In this document: positions 13,001 to 26,600 of the stretch, one piece after another
How positions within the stretch are numbered: the stretch's first letter is position 1
Layout: the number at the start of each line of letters is the position of its first letter
DNA from: the human T2T-CHM13v2.0 reference genome, Homo sapiens
Strand: one strand, 5' to 3'
Assembly: GCF_009914755.1 (NCBI RefSeq)
Contig: NC_060931.1
DNA length: 64,000 nt
Made by a program: the position numbers and the translations under genes
Notes under the pieces: generated by a model
Database searches by the model: none
Told to the model about the DNA's origin: nothing
What the model saw: only the letters and a program-made list of their open reading frames with translations

Positions 13001-16000
13001 TTTGGAAACACACTGTTTGTAAAGTCTGCAAGTGGATATATGGACCTGTTTGAGGCCTTCGTTGGAAACGGGATTTTATCATATAATGCTAGACGGAAGA
13101 ATTCTCAGTAAATTCTTTCTGTTGTGTGCATTCAACTCACAGAGTGGAACGTCCCTTTAGACAGAGCAGATTTGAAACACTCTTTTTGCGGAATTTGCAG
13201 ATGGAGATTTCTAGCCATTTGATGCCAACAGCAGAAAGGGAAATATCTTCAAATAAAAACTAGACAGAATCATCCTCAGAAAATTCTTTGTGATGTGTGC
13301 GTTCAACTCACATAGTTTAACCTTTCTTTTCATAGAGCAGTTTGGAAACACTCTGTTGGTAATGTCTGCAAGTGCATATATGGACCGCTTTGAGGCCTTC
13401 GTTGGAAACGGGATTTCTTCATTTCATACTAGACAGAAGAATTCTCAGTAACTTCTTTGTGCTGTGTGTATTCAACTCAGAGATTGGAACGTCCCTTTAC
13501 ACAGAGCAGATTTGAAACCCTCTTTTTGTGGAATTTGCAAGTGGAGATTTCAAGCGATTTGATGCCAACAGTAGAAAAGGAAATATCTGCAAATAAAAAC
13601 TAGACAGAATCATTCTCCGAAAGTGCTTTGTGATGTGTGCGTTCAACTCACAGAGTTTAACCTTTCTTTTCACAGAGGAGTTTGGAAACACACTGTTTGT
13701 AAAGTCTGCAATAGGATATATGGGCCTGTTTGAAGCCTTCGTTGGAAACGGGTTTTCTTCATTGAATGCTAGACGGAAGAATTCTCAGTAAATTCTTTGT
13801 GTTGTGTGCATTCAACTCACAGAGTGGAACGTCCCTTTAGACAGAGCAGATTTGAAACACTCTTTTTGCGGAATTTGCAAGAGGAGATTTCTAGCCATTT
13901 GATGCCAACAGTAGAAAGGGAAATATCTTCAAATAAAAACTAGACAGAATCATCCTCAGAAAATTCTTTGTGATGTGTGCGTTCAACTCACATAGTTTAA
14001 CCTTTCTTTTCATAGAGCAGTTTGGAAACACTCTGTTGGTAATGTCTGCAAGTGGATATATGGACCGCATTGAGGCCTTCGTTGGAAACGGGATTTCTTC
14101 ATTTCATGCTAGACAGAAGAATTCTCAGTAACTTCTTTGTGCTGTGTGTATTCAACTCACAGAGTGGAACGTCCCTTTACACAGAGCAGATTTGAAACAC
14201 TCTTTTTGTGGAATTTGCAAGTGGAGATTTCAAGCGATTTGATGCCAACAATAGAAAAGGAAATATCTTCAAATAAAAACTAGACAGAATCATTCTCAGA
14301 AACTTCTTTGTGATGTGTGCCTTCAACTTACAGAGTTTAACCTTTCTTTTCTTAGAGCAGTTTAGAAACACTCTGCTTGTTATGTCTGCAAGTGGATATT
14401 TGGACCTCTTTGAGGCCTTCGTTGCAAACGGGGTTTCTTCCTTTAATGCTAGAGTAAGAAGAGTTCTCAGTAACTTTTTTGTGTTGTGTGTATTCAACTC
14501 ACAGAGTTGAACCTTGCTTTAGAGAGAGCAGATTTGAAACACTCTTGCTGTGGCATTTTCAGGTGGAGATTTCAAGCGATTTGAGGACAATTGCAGAAAA
14601 GGAAATATCTTCGTATAATAACCAGACAGAATCATTCTCAGAAAGTGCTTTGTGATGTGTGCGTTCAACTCACAGAGTTTAACCTTTCTTTTCATAGAGA
14701 AGTTTGGAAACACACTGTTTGTAAAGTCTGCAAGTGGATATATGGACCTGTTTGAGGCCTTCGTTGGAAACGGGATTTTATCATATATTGCTAGACGGAA
14801 GAATTCTCAGTAAATTCTTTGTGTTGTGTGCATTCAACTCACAGAGTGGAACGTCCCTTTAGACAGAGCAGATTTGAAACACTCTTTTTGCGGAATTTGC
14901 AAGTGGAGATTTCTAGCCATTTGATGCCAACAGTAGAAAGGGAAATATCTTCAAATAGAAACTAGACAGAATCATCCTCAGAAAATTCTTTGTGATGTGT
15001 GCGTTCAACTCACATAGTTTAACCTTTCTTTTCATAGAGCAGTTTGGAAACACTCTGTTGGTAATGTCTGCAACTGGATATATGGACCGCTTTGAGGCCT
15101 TCGTTGGAAACGGGATTTTTCATTTCATACTAGACAGAAGAATTCTCAGTAACTTCTTTGTGTTGTGTGTATTCAACTCACAGATTGGAACGTCCCTTTA
15201 CACAGAGCAGATTTGAAACACTCTTTTTGTGGAATTTGCAAGTGAAGATTTCAAGCGATTTGATGCCAACAGTAGAAAAGGAAATATCTGCAAATAAAAA
15301 CTAGACAGAATCATTCTCAGAAAGTGCTTTGTGATGTGTGCGTTCAACTCACAGAGTTTAACCTTTCTTTTCATAGAGGAGTTTGGAAACACCCTGTTTG
15401 TAAAGTCTGCAATTGGATATATGGACCTGTTTGAGGCCTTCGTTGGAAACGGGATTTTATCATATAATGCTAGACGGAAGAATTCTCAGTAAATTCTTTG
15501 TGTTGTGTGCATTCAACTCACAGAGTGGAACGTCCCTTTAGACAGAGCAGATTTGAAACACTCTTTTTGCGGAATTTGCAAGTGGAGATTTCTAGCCATT
15601 TGATGCCAACAGTAGAAAGGGAAATATCTTCAAATAAAAACCAGACAGAATCATTCTCAGAAAATTCTTTGTGATGTGTGCGTTCAACTCACATAGTTTA
15701 ACCTTTCTTTTCATAGAGCAGTTTGGAAACACTCTGTTTGTAAAGTCTGCAAGTGGATATATGGACCGCATTGAGGCCTTCGTTGGGAACGGGATTTCTT
15801 CATTTCATGCTAGACAGAAGAATTTTCAGTAACTTCTTTGTGCTGTGTGTATTCAACTCACAGAGTGTAACGTCCCTTTACACAGAGCAGATTTGAAACA
15901 CTCTCTTTGTGGAATTTGCAAGTGGAGATTTCAAGCGATTTGATGCCAACATTAGAAAAGGAAATATCTTCAAATAAAAACTAGACAGAATCATTCTCAG

Positions 16001-17692
16001 AAACTACTTTGTGATGTGTGCCTTCAACTCACAGAGTTTAACCTTTCTTTTCTTAGAGCAGTTTAGAAACACTCTGCTTGTTATGTCTGCAAGTGGATAT
16101 TTGGACCACTTTGAGGCCTTCGTTGCAAACGGGGTTTCTTCCTTTAATGCTAGACTAAGAAGAGTTCTCAGTAACTTTTTTGTGTTGTGTGTATTCAACT
16201 CACAGAGTTGAACCTTGCTTTAGAGAGAGCAGATTTGAAACACTCTTGCTGTGGCATTTTCAGGTGGAGTTTTCAAGCGATTTGAGGACAATTGCAGAAA
16301 GGAAATATCTTCGTATAATAAACACACAGAATCATTCTCAGAAAGTGCTTTGTGATGTGTGCGTTCAACTCACAGAGTTTAACCTTTCTTTTCATAGAGG
16401 AGTTTGGAAACACACTGTTTGTAAAGTCTGCAATTGGATATATGGACCTGTTTGTGGCCTTCGTTGGAAACGGGATTTTATCATATAATGTTAGAGGGAA
16501 GAATTCTCAGTAAATTCTTTGTGTTTGTTCATTCAACTCACAGAGTGGAACGTCCCTTTAGACAGAGCAGATTTGAAACACTCTTTTTGCGGAATTTGCA
16601 AGTGGAGATTTCTAGCCATTTGATGCCAACAGTAGAAAGGGACATATCTTCAAATAAAAACTAGACAGAATCATCCTCAGAAAATTCTTTGTGATGTGTG
16701 CGTTCAACTCACATAGTTTAACCTTTCTTTTCATAGATCAGTTTGGAAACACTCTGTTGGTAATGTCTGCAAGTGGATATATGGACCGCTTTGAGGCCTT
16801 CGTTGGAAACGGGATTTCTTCATTTCATGCTAAACAGAAGAATTCTCAGTAACTTCTTTGTGTTGTGTGTATTCAACTCACAGATTGGAACGTCCCTTTA
16901 CACAGAGCAGATTTGAAACACTCTTTTTGTGGAATTTGCAAGTGGAGATTTCAAGCGATTTGATGCCAACAGTAGAAAAGGAAATATCTGCAAATAAAAA
17001 TTAGACAGAATCATTCTCAGAAAGTGCTTTGTGATGTGTGCGTTCAACTCACAGTGTTTAACCTTTCTTTTCATAGAGGAGTTTGGAAACACACTGTTTG
17101 TAAAGTCTGCAATTGGATATATGGACCTGTTTCAGGCCTTCTTTGGAAACGGGATTTCTTCATTGAATGCTAGACGGAAGAATTCTCAGTAAATTCTTTG
17201 TGTTGTGTGCATTCAACTCACAGAGTGGAACGTCCCTTTAGACAGAGCAGATTTGAAACACTCTTTTTGCGGAATTTGCAAGTGGAGATTTCTAGCCATT
17301 TGATGCCAACAGCAGAAAGGGAAATATCTTCAAATAAAAACTAGACAGAATCATCCTCAGAAAATTCTTTGTGATGTGTGCGTTCAACTCACATAGTTTA
17401 ACCTTTCTTTTCATAGAGCAGTTTGGAAACACTCTGTTGGTAAAGTCTGCAAGTGGATATATGGACCGCATTGAGGCCTTCGTTGGAAACGGGATTTCTT
17501 CATTTCATGCTAGACAGAAGAATTCTCAGTAACTTCTTTGTGCTGTGTGTATTCACCTCACAGAGTGGAACGTCCCTTTACACAGAGCAGATTTGAAACA
17601 CTCTTTTTGTGGAATTTGCAAGTGGAGATTTCAAGCGAATTGATGCCAACAGTAGAAAAGGAAATATCTTCAAATAAAAACTAGACAGAATC
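1023..17692 (+). repeat. Block of long HOR variants: 10,10,10,14,10,10,14,10,10-mers, i.e. AB(CDEF)2 and AB(CDEF)3
   Basis: A-monomer starts are at 1023, 2725, 4426, 6127, 8507, 10209, 11910, 14292, 15993 and 17693. Spacings are 1700-1702 and 2380-2382 bp (1022 + n x 680). Confidence 0.92.
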
Positions 17693-20600
17693 ATTCTCAG
17701 AAACTTCTTTGTGATGTGTGCCTTCAACTCACAGAATTTAACCTTTCTTTTCTTAGAGCAGTTTAGAAACACTCTGCTTGTTATGTCTGCAAGTGGATAT
17801 TTGGACCTCTTTGAGGCCTTCGTTGCCAACGGGGTTTCTTCCTTTAATGCTAGACTAAGAAGAGTTCTCAGTAACTTTTTTGTGTTGTGTGTATTCAACT
17901 CACAGAGTTGAACCTTGCTTTAGAGAGAGCAGATTTGAAACACTCTTGCTGTGGCATTTTCAGGTGGAGATTTCAAGCGATTTGAGGACAATTGCAGAAA
18001 AGGAAATATCTTCGTATAATAACCAGACAGAATCATTCTCAGAAAGTGCTTTGTGATGTGTGCGTTCAACTCACAGAGTTTAAACTTTCTTTTCATAGAG
18101 GAGTTTGGAAACACACTGTTTGTAAAGTCTGCAAGTGGATATATGGACCTGTTTGAGGCCTTCGTTGGAAACGGGATTTTATCATATAATGCTAGACGGA
18201 AGAATTCTCAGTAAATTCTTTGTGTTGTGTGCATTCAACTCACAGAGTGGAACGTCCCTTTAGACAGAGCAGATTTGAAACACTCTTTTTGCGGAATTTG
18301 CAAGTGGAGATTTCTAGCCATTTGATGCCAACAGTAGAAAGGGAAATATCTTCAAATAAAAACTAGACAGAATCATCCTCAGAAAATTCTTTGTGATGTG
18401 TGCGTTCAACTCACATAGTTTAACCTTTCTTTTCATAGAGCAGTTTGGAAACACTCTGTTTGTAAAGTCTGCAAGTGGATATATGGACCGCATTGAGGCC
18501 TTCGTTGGAATGGGGATTTCTTCATTTCATGCTAGACAGAAGAATTCTCAGTAACTTCTTTGTGCTGTGTGTATTCAACTCACAGAGTGGAACGTCCCTT
18601 TACACAGAGCAGATTTCAAACACTCTTTTTGTGGAATTTGCAAGTGGAGATTTCAAGCGATTTGATGCCAACAGTAGAAAAGGAAATATCTTCAAATAAA
18701 AACTAGACAGAATCATTCTCAGAAACTACTTTGTGATGTGTGCCTTCAACTCACAGAGTTTAACCTTTCTTTTCTTAGAGCAGTTTAGAAACACTCTGCT
18801 TGTTATGTCTGCAAGTGGATATTTGGACCTCTTTGGGGCCTTCGTTGCAAACGGGGTTTCTTCCTTTAATGCTAGACTAAGAAGAGTTCTCAGTAACTTT
18901 TTTGTGTTGTGTGTATTCAACTCACAGAGTTGAACCTTGCTTTAGAGAGAGCAGATTTGAAACACTCTTGCTGTGGCATTTTCAGGTGGAGATTTCAAGC
19001 GATTTGAGGACAATTGCAGAAAAGGAAATATCTTCGTATAATAACCAGACAGAATCATTCTCAGAAAGTGCTTTGTGATGTGTGCGTTCAACTCACAGAG
19101 TTTAACCTTTCTTTTCATAGAGGAGTTTGCAAACACACTGTTTGTAAAGTCTGCAAGTGGATATATGGACCTGTTTGAGGCCTTCGTTGGAAACGGGATT
19201 TTATCATATAATGCTAGACGGAAGAATTCTCAGTAAATTCTTTGTGTTGTGTGCATTCAACTCACAGAGTGGAACGTCCCTTTAGACAGAGCAGATTTGA
19301 AACACTCTTTTTGCGGAATTTGCAAGTGGAGATTTCTAGCCATTTGATGCCAACAGTAGAAAGGGAAATATCTTCAAATAAAAACTAGACAGAATCATCC
19401 TCAGAAAATTCTTTGTGATGTGTGCGTTCAACTCACATAGTTTAACCTTTCTTTTCATAGAGCAGTTTGGAAACACTCTGTTTGTAAAGTCTGCAAGTGG
19501 ATATATGGACCGCATTGAGGCCTTCGTTGGAAACGGGATTTCTTCATTTCATGCTAGACAGAAGAATTCTCAGTAACTTCTTTGTGCTGTGTGTATTCAA
19601 CTCACAGAGTGGAACGTCCCTTTACACAGAGCAGATTGGAAACACTCTTTTTGTGGAATTTCCAAGTGGAGATTTCAAGCGATTTGATGCCAACAGTAGA
19701 AAAGGAAATATCTTCAAATAAAAACTAGACAGAATCATTCTCAGAAACTTCTTTGTGATGTGTGCCTTCAACTCACAGAGTTTAACCTTTCTTTTCTTAG
19801 AGCAGTTTAGAAACACTCTGCTTGTTATGTCTGCAAGTGGATATTTGGACCTCTTTGAGGCCTTCGTTGCAAACGGGGTTTCTTCCTTTAATGCTAGACT
19901 AAGAAGAGTTCTCAGTAACTTTTTTGTGTTGTGTGTATTCAACTCACAGAGTTGAACCTTGCTTTAGAGAGAGCAGATTTGAAACACTCTTGCTGTGGCA
20001 TTTTCAGGTGGAGATTTCAAGCGATTTGAGGACAATTGCAGAAAAGGAAATATCTTCGTATAATAACCAGACAGAATCATTCTCAGAAAGTGCTTTGTGA
20101 TGTGTGCGTTCAACTCACAGAGTTTAAACATTCTTTTCATAGAGGAGTTTGGAAACACACTGTTTGTAAAGTCTGCAAGTGGATATATGGACCTGTTTGA
20201 GGCCTTCGTTGGAAACGGGATTTTATCATATAATGCTAGACGGAAGAATTCTCAGTAAATTCTTTGTGTTGTGTGCATTCAACTCACAGAGTGGAACGTC
20301 CCTTTAGACTGAGCAGATTTGAAACACTCTTTTTGCGGAATTTGCAAGTGGAGATTTCTAGCCATTTGATGCCAACAGTAGAAAGGGAAATATCTTCAAA
20401 TAAAAACTAGACAGAATCATCCTCAGAAAATTCTTTGTGATGTGTGAGTTCAACTCACATACTTTAACCTTTCTTTTCATATAGCAGTTTGGAAACACTC
20501 TGTTGTTAAAGTCTGCAAGTGGATATATGGACCGCATTGAGGCCTTCGTTGGAAACGGGATTTCTTCATTTCATGCTACACAGAAGAATTCTCAGTAACT

Positions 20601-23600
20601 TCTTTGTGCTGTGTGTATTCAACTCACAGAGTTGAACGTCCCTTTGCACAGAGCAGATTTGAAACACTCTTTTTGTGGAATTTGCAAGTGGAGATTTCAA
20701 GCGATTTGATGCCAACAGTAGAAAAGGAAATATCTTCAAATAAAAACTAGACAGAATCATTCTCAGAAACTACTTTGTGACGTGTGCCTTCAACTCACAG
20801 AGTTTAACCTTTCTTTTCGTAGAGCAGTTTAGAAACACTCTGCTTGTTATGTCTGCAAGTGGATATTTGGACCTCATTGAGACCTTCGTTGCCAACGGGG
20901 TTTCTTCCTTTCATGCTAGACTAAGAAGAGTTCTCAGTAACTTTTTTGTGTTGTGTGTATTCAACTCACAGAGTTGAACCTTGCTTTAGAGAGAGCAGAT
21001 TTGAAACACTCTTGCTGTGGCATTTTCAGGTGGAGATTTCAAGCGATTTGAGGACAATTGCAGAAAAGGAAATATCTTCGTATAATAACCAGACAGAATC
21101 ATTCTCAGAAAGTGCTTTGTGATGTGTGCGTTCAACTCACAGAGTTTAACCTTTCTTTTCGTAGAGGAGTTTGGAAACACACTGTTTGTAAAGTCTGCAA
21201 GTGGATATATGGACCTGTTTGAGGCCTTCGTTGGAAACGGGATTTTATCATATAATGCTAGACGGAAGAATTCCCAGTAAATTCTTTGTGTTGTGTGCAT
21301 TCAACTCACAGAGTGGAACGTCCCTTTAGACAGAGCAGATTTGAAACACTCTTTTTGCGGAATTTGCAATTGGAGATTTCTAGCCATTTGATGCCAACAG
21401 TAGAAAGGGAAATATCTTCAAATAAAAACTAGACAGAATCATCCTCAGAAAATTCTTTGTGATGTGTGCGTTCAACTCACATAGTTTAACCTTTCTTTTC
21501 ATAGAGCAGTTTGGAAACACTCTGTTGGTAAAGTCTGCAAGTGGATATATGGACCGCATTGAGGCCTTCGTTGGAAACGGGATTTCTTCATTTCATGCTA
21601 GACAGAAGAATTCTCAGTAACTTCTTTGTGCTGTGTGTATTCACCTCACAGAGTGGAACGTCCCTTCACACAGAGCAGATTTGAAACACTCTTTTTGTGG
21701 AATTTGCAAGTGGAGATTTCAAGCGATTTGATGGCAACAGTAGAAAAGGAAATATCTTCAAATAAAAACTAGACAGAATCATTCTCAGAAACTTCTTTGT
21801 GATGTGTGCCTTCAACTCACAGAGTTTAACCTTGCTTTTCTTAGAGCAGTTTAGAAACACTCTGCTTGTTATGTCTGCAAGTGGATATTTGGACCTCTTT
21901 GAGGCCTTCGTTGCAAACGGGGTTTCTTCCTTTAATGCTAGACTAAGAAGAGTTCTCAGAAACTTTTTTGTGTTGTGTGTATTCAACTCACAGATTTGAA
22001 CCTTGCTTTAGAGAGAGCAGATTTGAAACACTCTTGCTGTGGCATTTTCAGGTGGAGGTTTCAAGCGATTTGAGGACAATTGCAGAAAAGGAAATATCTT
22101 CGTATAATAACCAGACAGAATCATTCTCAGAAAGTGCTTTGTGATGTTTGCGTTCAACTCACAGAGTTTAACCTTTCTTTTCATAGAGGAGTTTGGAAAC
22201 ACACTGTTTGTAAAGTCTGCAATTGGATATATGGACCTGTTTGAGGCCTTCGTTGGAAACGGGATTTCTTCATTGAATGCTAGACGGAAGAATTCTCAGT
22301 AAATTCTTTGTGTTGTGTGCATTCAACTCACAGAGTGGAACGTCCCGTTAGACAGAGCAGATTTGAAACACTCTTTTTGCGGAATTTGCAAGTGGAGATT
22401 TCTAGCCATTTGATGCCAACAGTAGAAAGGGAAATATATTCAAATAAAAACTAGACAGAATCATCCTCAGAAAATTCTTTGTGATGTGTGCGTTCAACTC
22501 ACATACTTTAACCTTTCTTTTCATAGAGCAGTTTGGAAACACTCTGTTGTTAAAGTCTGCAAGTGGATATATGGACCGCATTGAGGCCTTCGTTGGAAAC
22601 GGGATTTCTTCATTTCATGCTAGACAGAAGAATTCTCAGTAACTTCTTTGTGCTGTGTGTATTCAACTCACAGAGTGGAACGTCCCTTTACACAGAGCAG
22701 ATTTGAAACACTCTTTTTGTGGAATTTGCAAGTGGAGATTTCAAGCGATTTGATGCCAACAGTAGAAAAGGAAATATCTTCAAATAAAAACTAGACAGAA
22801 TCATTCTCAGAAACTACTTTGTGATGTGTGCCTTCAACTCACAGAGTTTAACCTTTCTTTTCTTAGAGCAGTTTAGAAACACTCTGCTTGTTATGTCAGC
22901 AAGTGGATATTTGGACCTCTTTGAGGCCTTCGTTGCAAACGGGGTTTCTTCCTTTAATGCTAGACTAAGAAGAGTTCTCAGTAACTTTTTTGTGTTGTGT
23001 GTATTCAACTCACAGAGTTGAACCTTGCTTTAGAGAGAGCAGATTTGAAACACTCTTTTTGTGAAATTTGCAAGTGGAGATTTCAAGCGATTTGATGCCA
23101 ACAGTAGAAAAGGAAATATCTGCAAATAAAAACTAGACAGAATCATTCTCAGAAAGTGCTTTGTGATGTGTGCGTTCAACTCACAGAGTTTAACCTTTCT
23201 TTTCATAGAGGAGTTTGGAAACACAATGTTTGTAAAGTCTGCAAGTGGATATATGGACCTGTTTGAGGCCTTCGTTGGAAACGGGATTTCTTCATTGAAT
23301 GCTAGACGGAAGAATTCTCAGTAAATTCTTTGTATTGTGTGCATTCAACTCACAGAGTGGGACGTCCCTTTAGACAGAGCAGATTTGAAACACTCTTTTT
23401 GCGGAACTTGCAAGTGGAGATTTCTAGCCATTTCATGCCAACAGTAGAAAGGGAAATATCTTCAAATAAAAACTAGACAGAATCATCCTCAGAAAATTAT
23501 TTGTGATGTGTGCGTTCAACTCACATACTTTAACATTTCTTTTCATAGAGCAGTTTGGAAACACTCTGTTGTTAAAGTCTGCAAGTGGATATATGGACCG

Positions 23601-26600
23601 CATTGAGGCCTTCGTTGGAAACGGGATTTCTTCATTTCATGCTACACAGAAGAATTCTCAGTAACTTCTTTGTGCTGTGTGTATTCAAGTCACAGAGTGG
23701 AACGTCCCTTTGCACAGAGCAGATTTGAAACACTCTTTTTGTGGAATTTGCAAGTGGAGATTTCAAGCGATTTGATGCCAACAGTAGAAAAGGAAATATC
23801 TTCAAATAAAAACTAGACAGAATCATTCTCAGAAACTACTTTGTGACGTGTGCCTTCAACTTACAGAGTTTAAACTTTCTTTTCTTAGAGCAGTTTAGAA
23901 ACACTCTGCTTGTTGTGTCTGCAAGTGGATATTTGGACCTCTTTGAGACCTTCGTTGCCAACGGGGTTTCTTCCTTTAATGCTAGACTAAGAAGAGTTCT
24001 CAGTAACTTTTTTGTGTTGTGTGTATTCAACTCACAGAGTTGAACCTTGCTTTAGAGAGAGCAGATATGAAACACTCTTGCTGTGGCATTTTCAGGTGGA
24101 GATTTCAAGCGATTTGAGGACAATTGCAGAAAAGGAAATATCTTCGTATAATAACCAGACAGAATCATTCTCAGAAAGTGCTTTGTGATGTGTGCGTTCA
24201 ACTCACAGAGTTTAACCTTTCTTTTCATAGAGGAGTTTGGAAACACACTGTTTGTAAAGTCTGCAAGTGGATATATGGACCTGTTTGAGGCCTTCGTTGG
24301 AAACGGGATTTTATCATATAATGCTAGACGGAAGAATTCTCAGTAAATTCTTTGTGTTGTGTGCATTCAACTCACAGAGTGGAACGTCCCTTTAGACAGA
24401 GCAGATTTGAAACACTCTTTTTGCGGAATTTGCAAGTGGAGATTTCTAGCCATTTGATGCCAACAGTAGAAAGGGAAATATCTTCAAATAAAAACTAGAC
24501 AGAATCATCCTCAGAAAATTCTTTGTGATGTGTGCGTTGAACTCACATAGTTTAACCTTTCTTTTCATAGAGCAGTTTGGAAACATTCTGTTGGTAAAGT
24601 CTGCAAGTGGATATATGGACCGCATTGAGGCCTTCGTTGGAAACGGGATTTCTTCATTTCATCCTAGAGAGAAGAATTCTCAGTAACTTCTTTGTGCTGT
24701 GTGTATTCACCTCACAGAGTGGAACGTCCCTTCACACAGAGCAGATTTGAAACACTCTTTTTGTGGAATTTGCAAGTGGAGATTTCAAGCGATTTGATGC
24801 CAACAGTAGAAAAGGAAATATCTTCAAATAAAAACTAGACAGAATCATTCTCAGAAACTTCTTTGTGATGTGTGCCTTCAACTCACAGAGTTTAACCTTT
24901 CTTTTCTTAGAGCAGTTTAGAAACACTCTGCTTGTTATGTCTGCAAGTGGATATTTGGACCTCTTTGAGGCCTTCGATGCAAACGGGGTTTCTTCCTTTA
25001 ATGCTAGACTAAGAAGAGTTCTCAGAAACTTTTTTGTGTTGTGTGTATTCAACTCACAGAGTTGAACCTTGCTTTAGAGAGAGCAGATTTGAAACACTCT
25101 TGCTGTGGCATTTTCAGGTGGAGATTTCAAGCGATTTGAGGACAATTGCAGAAAAGGAAATATCTTCGTATAATAACCAGACAGAATCATTCTCAGAAAG
25201 TGCTTTGTGATGTTTGCGTTCAACTCACAGAGTTTAACCTTTCTTTTCATAGAGGAGTTTGGAAACACACTGTTTGTAAAGTCTGCAATTGGATATATGG
25301 ACCTGTTTGAGGCCTTCGTTGGAAACGGGATTTTATCATATAATGCTAGACGGAAGAATTCTCAGTAAATTCTTTGTGTTGTGTGCATTCAACTCACAGA
25401 GTGGAACGTCCCTTTAGACAGAGCAGATTTGAAACACTCTTTTTGCGGAATTTGCAAGTGGAGATTTCTAGCCATTTCATACCAACAGTAGAAAGGGAAA
25501 TATCTTCAAATAAAAACTAGACAGAATCATCCTCAGAAAATTCTTTGTGATGTGTGCGTTCAACTCACATACTTTAACCTTTCTTTTCATAGAGCAGTTT
25601 GGAAACACTCTGTTGTTAAAGTCTGCAAGTGGATATATGGACCGCATTGAGGCCTTCGTTGGAAACGGGATTTCTTCATTTCATGCTAGACAGAAGAATT
25701 CTCAGTAACTTCTTTGTGCTGTGTGTATTCAACTCACAGAGTGGAACGTCCCTTTACACAGAGCAGATTTGAAACACTCTTTTTGTGGAATTTGCAAGTG
25801 GAGATTTCAAGCGATTTGATGCCAACAGTAGAAAAGGAAATATCTTCAAATAAAAACTAGACAGAATCATTCTCAGAAACTACTTTGTGATGTGTGCCTT
25901 CAACTCACAGAGTTTAACCTTTCTTTTCTTAGAGCAGTTTAGAAACACTCTGCTTGTTATGTCTGCAACTGGATATTTGGACCTCTTTGAGGCCTTCGTT
26001 GCAAACGGGGTTTCTTCCTTTAATGCTAGACTAAGAAGAGTTCTCAGTAACTTTTTTGTGTTGTGTGTATTCAACTCACAGAGTTGAACCTTGCTTTAGA
26101 GAGAGCAGATTTGAAACACTCTTTTTGTGGAATTTGCAAGTGGAGATTTCAAGCGATTTGATGCCAACAGTAGAAAAGGAAATATCTGCAAATAAAAACT
26201 AGACAGAATCATTCTCAGAAAGTGCTTTGTGATGTGTGCGTTCAACTCACAGAGTTTAACCTTTCTTTTCATAGAGGAGTTTGGAAACACACTGTTTGTA
26301 AAGTCTGCAATTGGATATATGGACCTGTTTGAGGCCTTTGTTGGAAACGGGATTTCCTCATTGAATGCTAGACGGAAGAATTCTCAGTAAATTCTTTTTG
26401 TTGTGTGCATTCAACTCACAGAGTGGAACGTCCCTTTAGACAGAGCAGATTTGAAACACTCTTTTTGCGGAATTTGCAAGTGGAGATTTCTAGCCATTTG
26501 ATGCCAACAGTAGAAAGGGAAATATCTTCAAATAAAAACTAGACAGAATCATCCTCAGAAAATTCTTTGTGATGTGTGCGTTCAACTCACATAGTTTAAC

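Noticed and set aside
1023-17692. Assignment to the chr16 SF1 10-mer array D16Z2 because of the 1.7-kb period
   Set aside because: The 10-mer here is AB plus two near-identical tetramers and coexists with long runs of a 1022-bp 6-mer, and monomer B matches what I recall as chr7-specific sequence. It is not formally excluded without an alignment.
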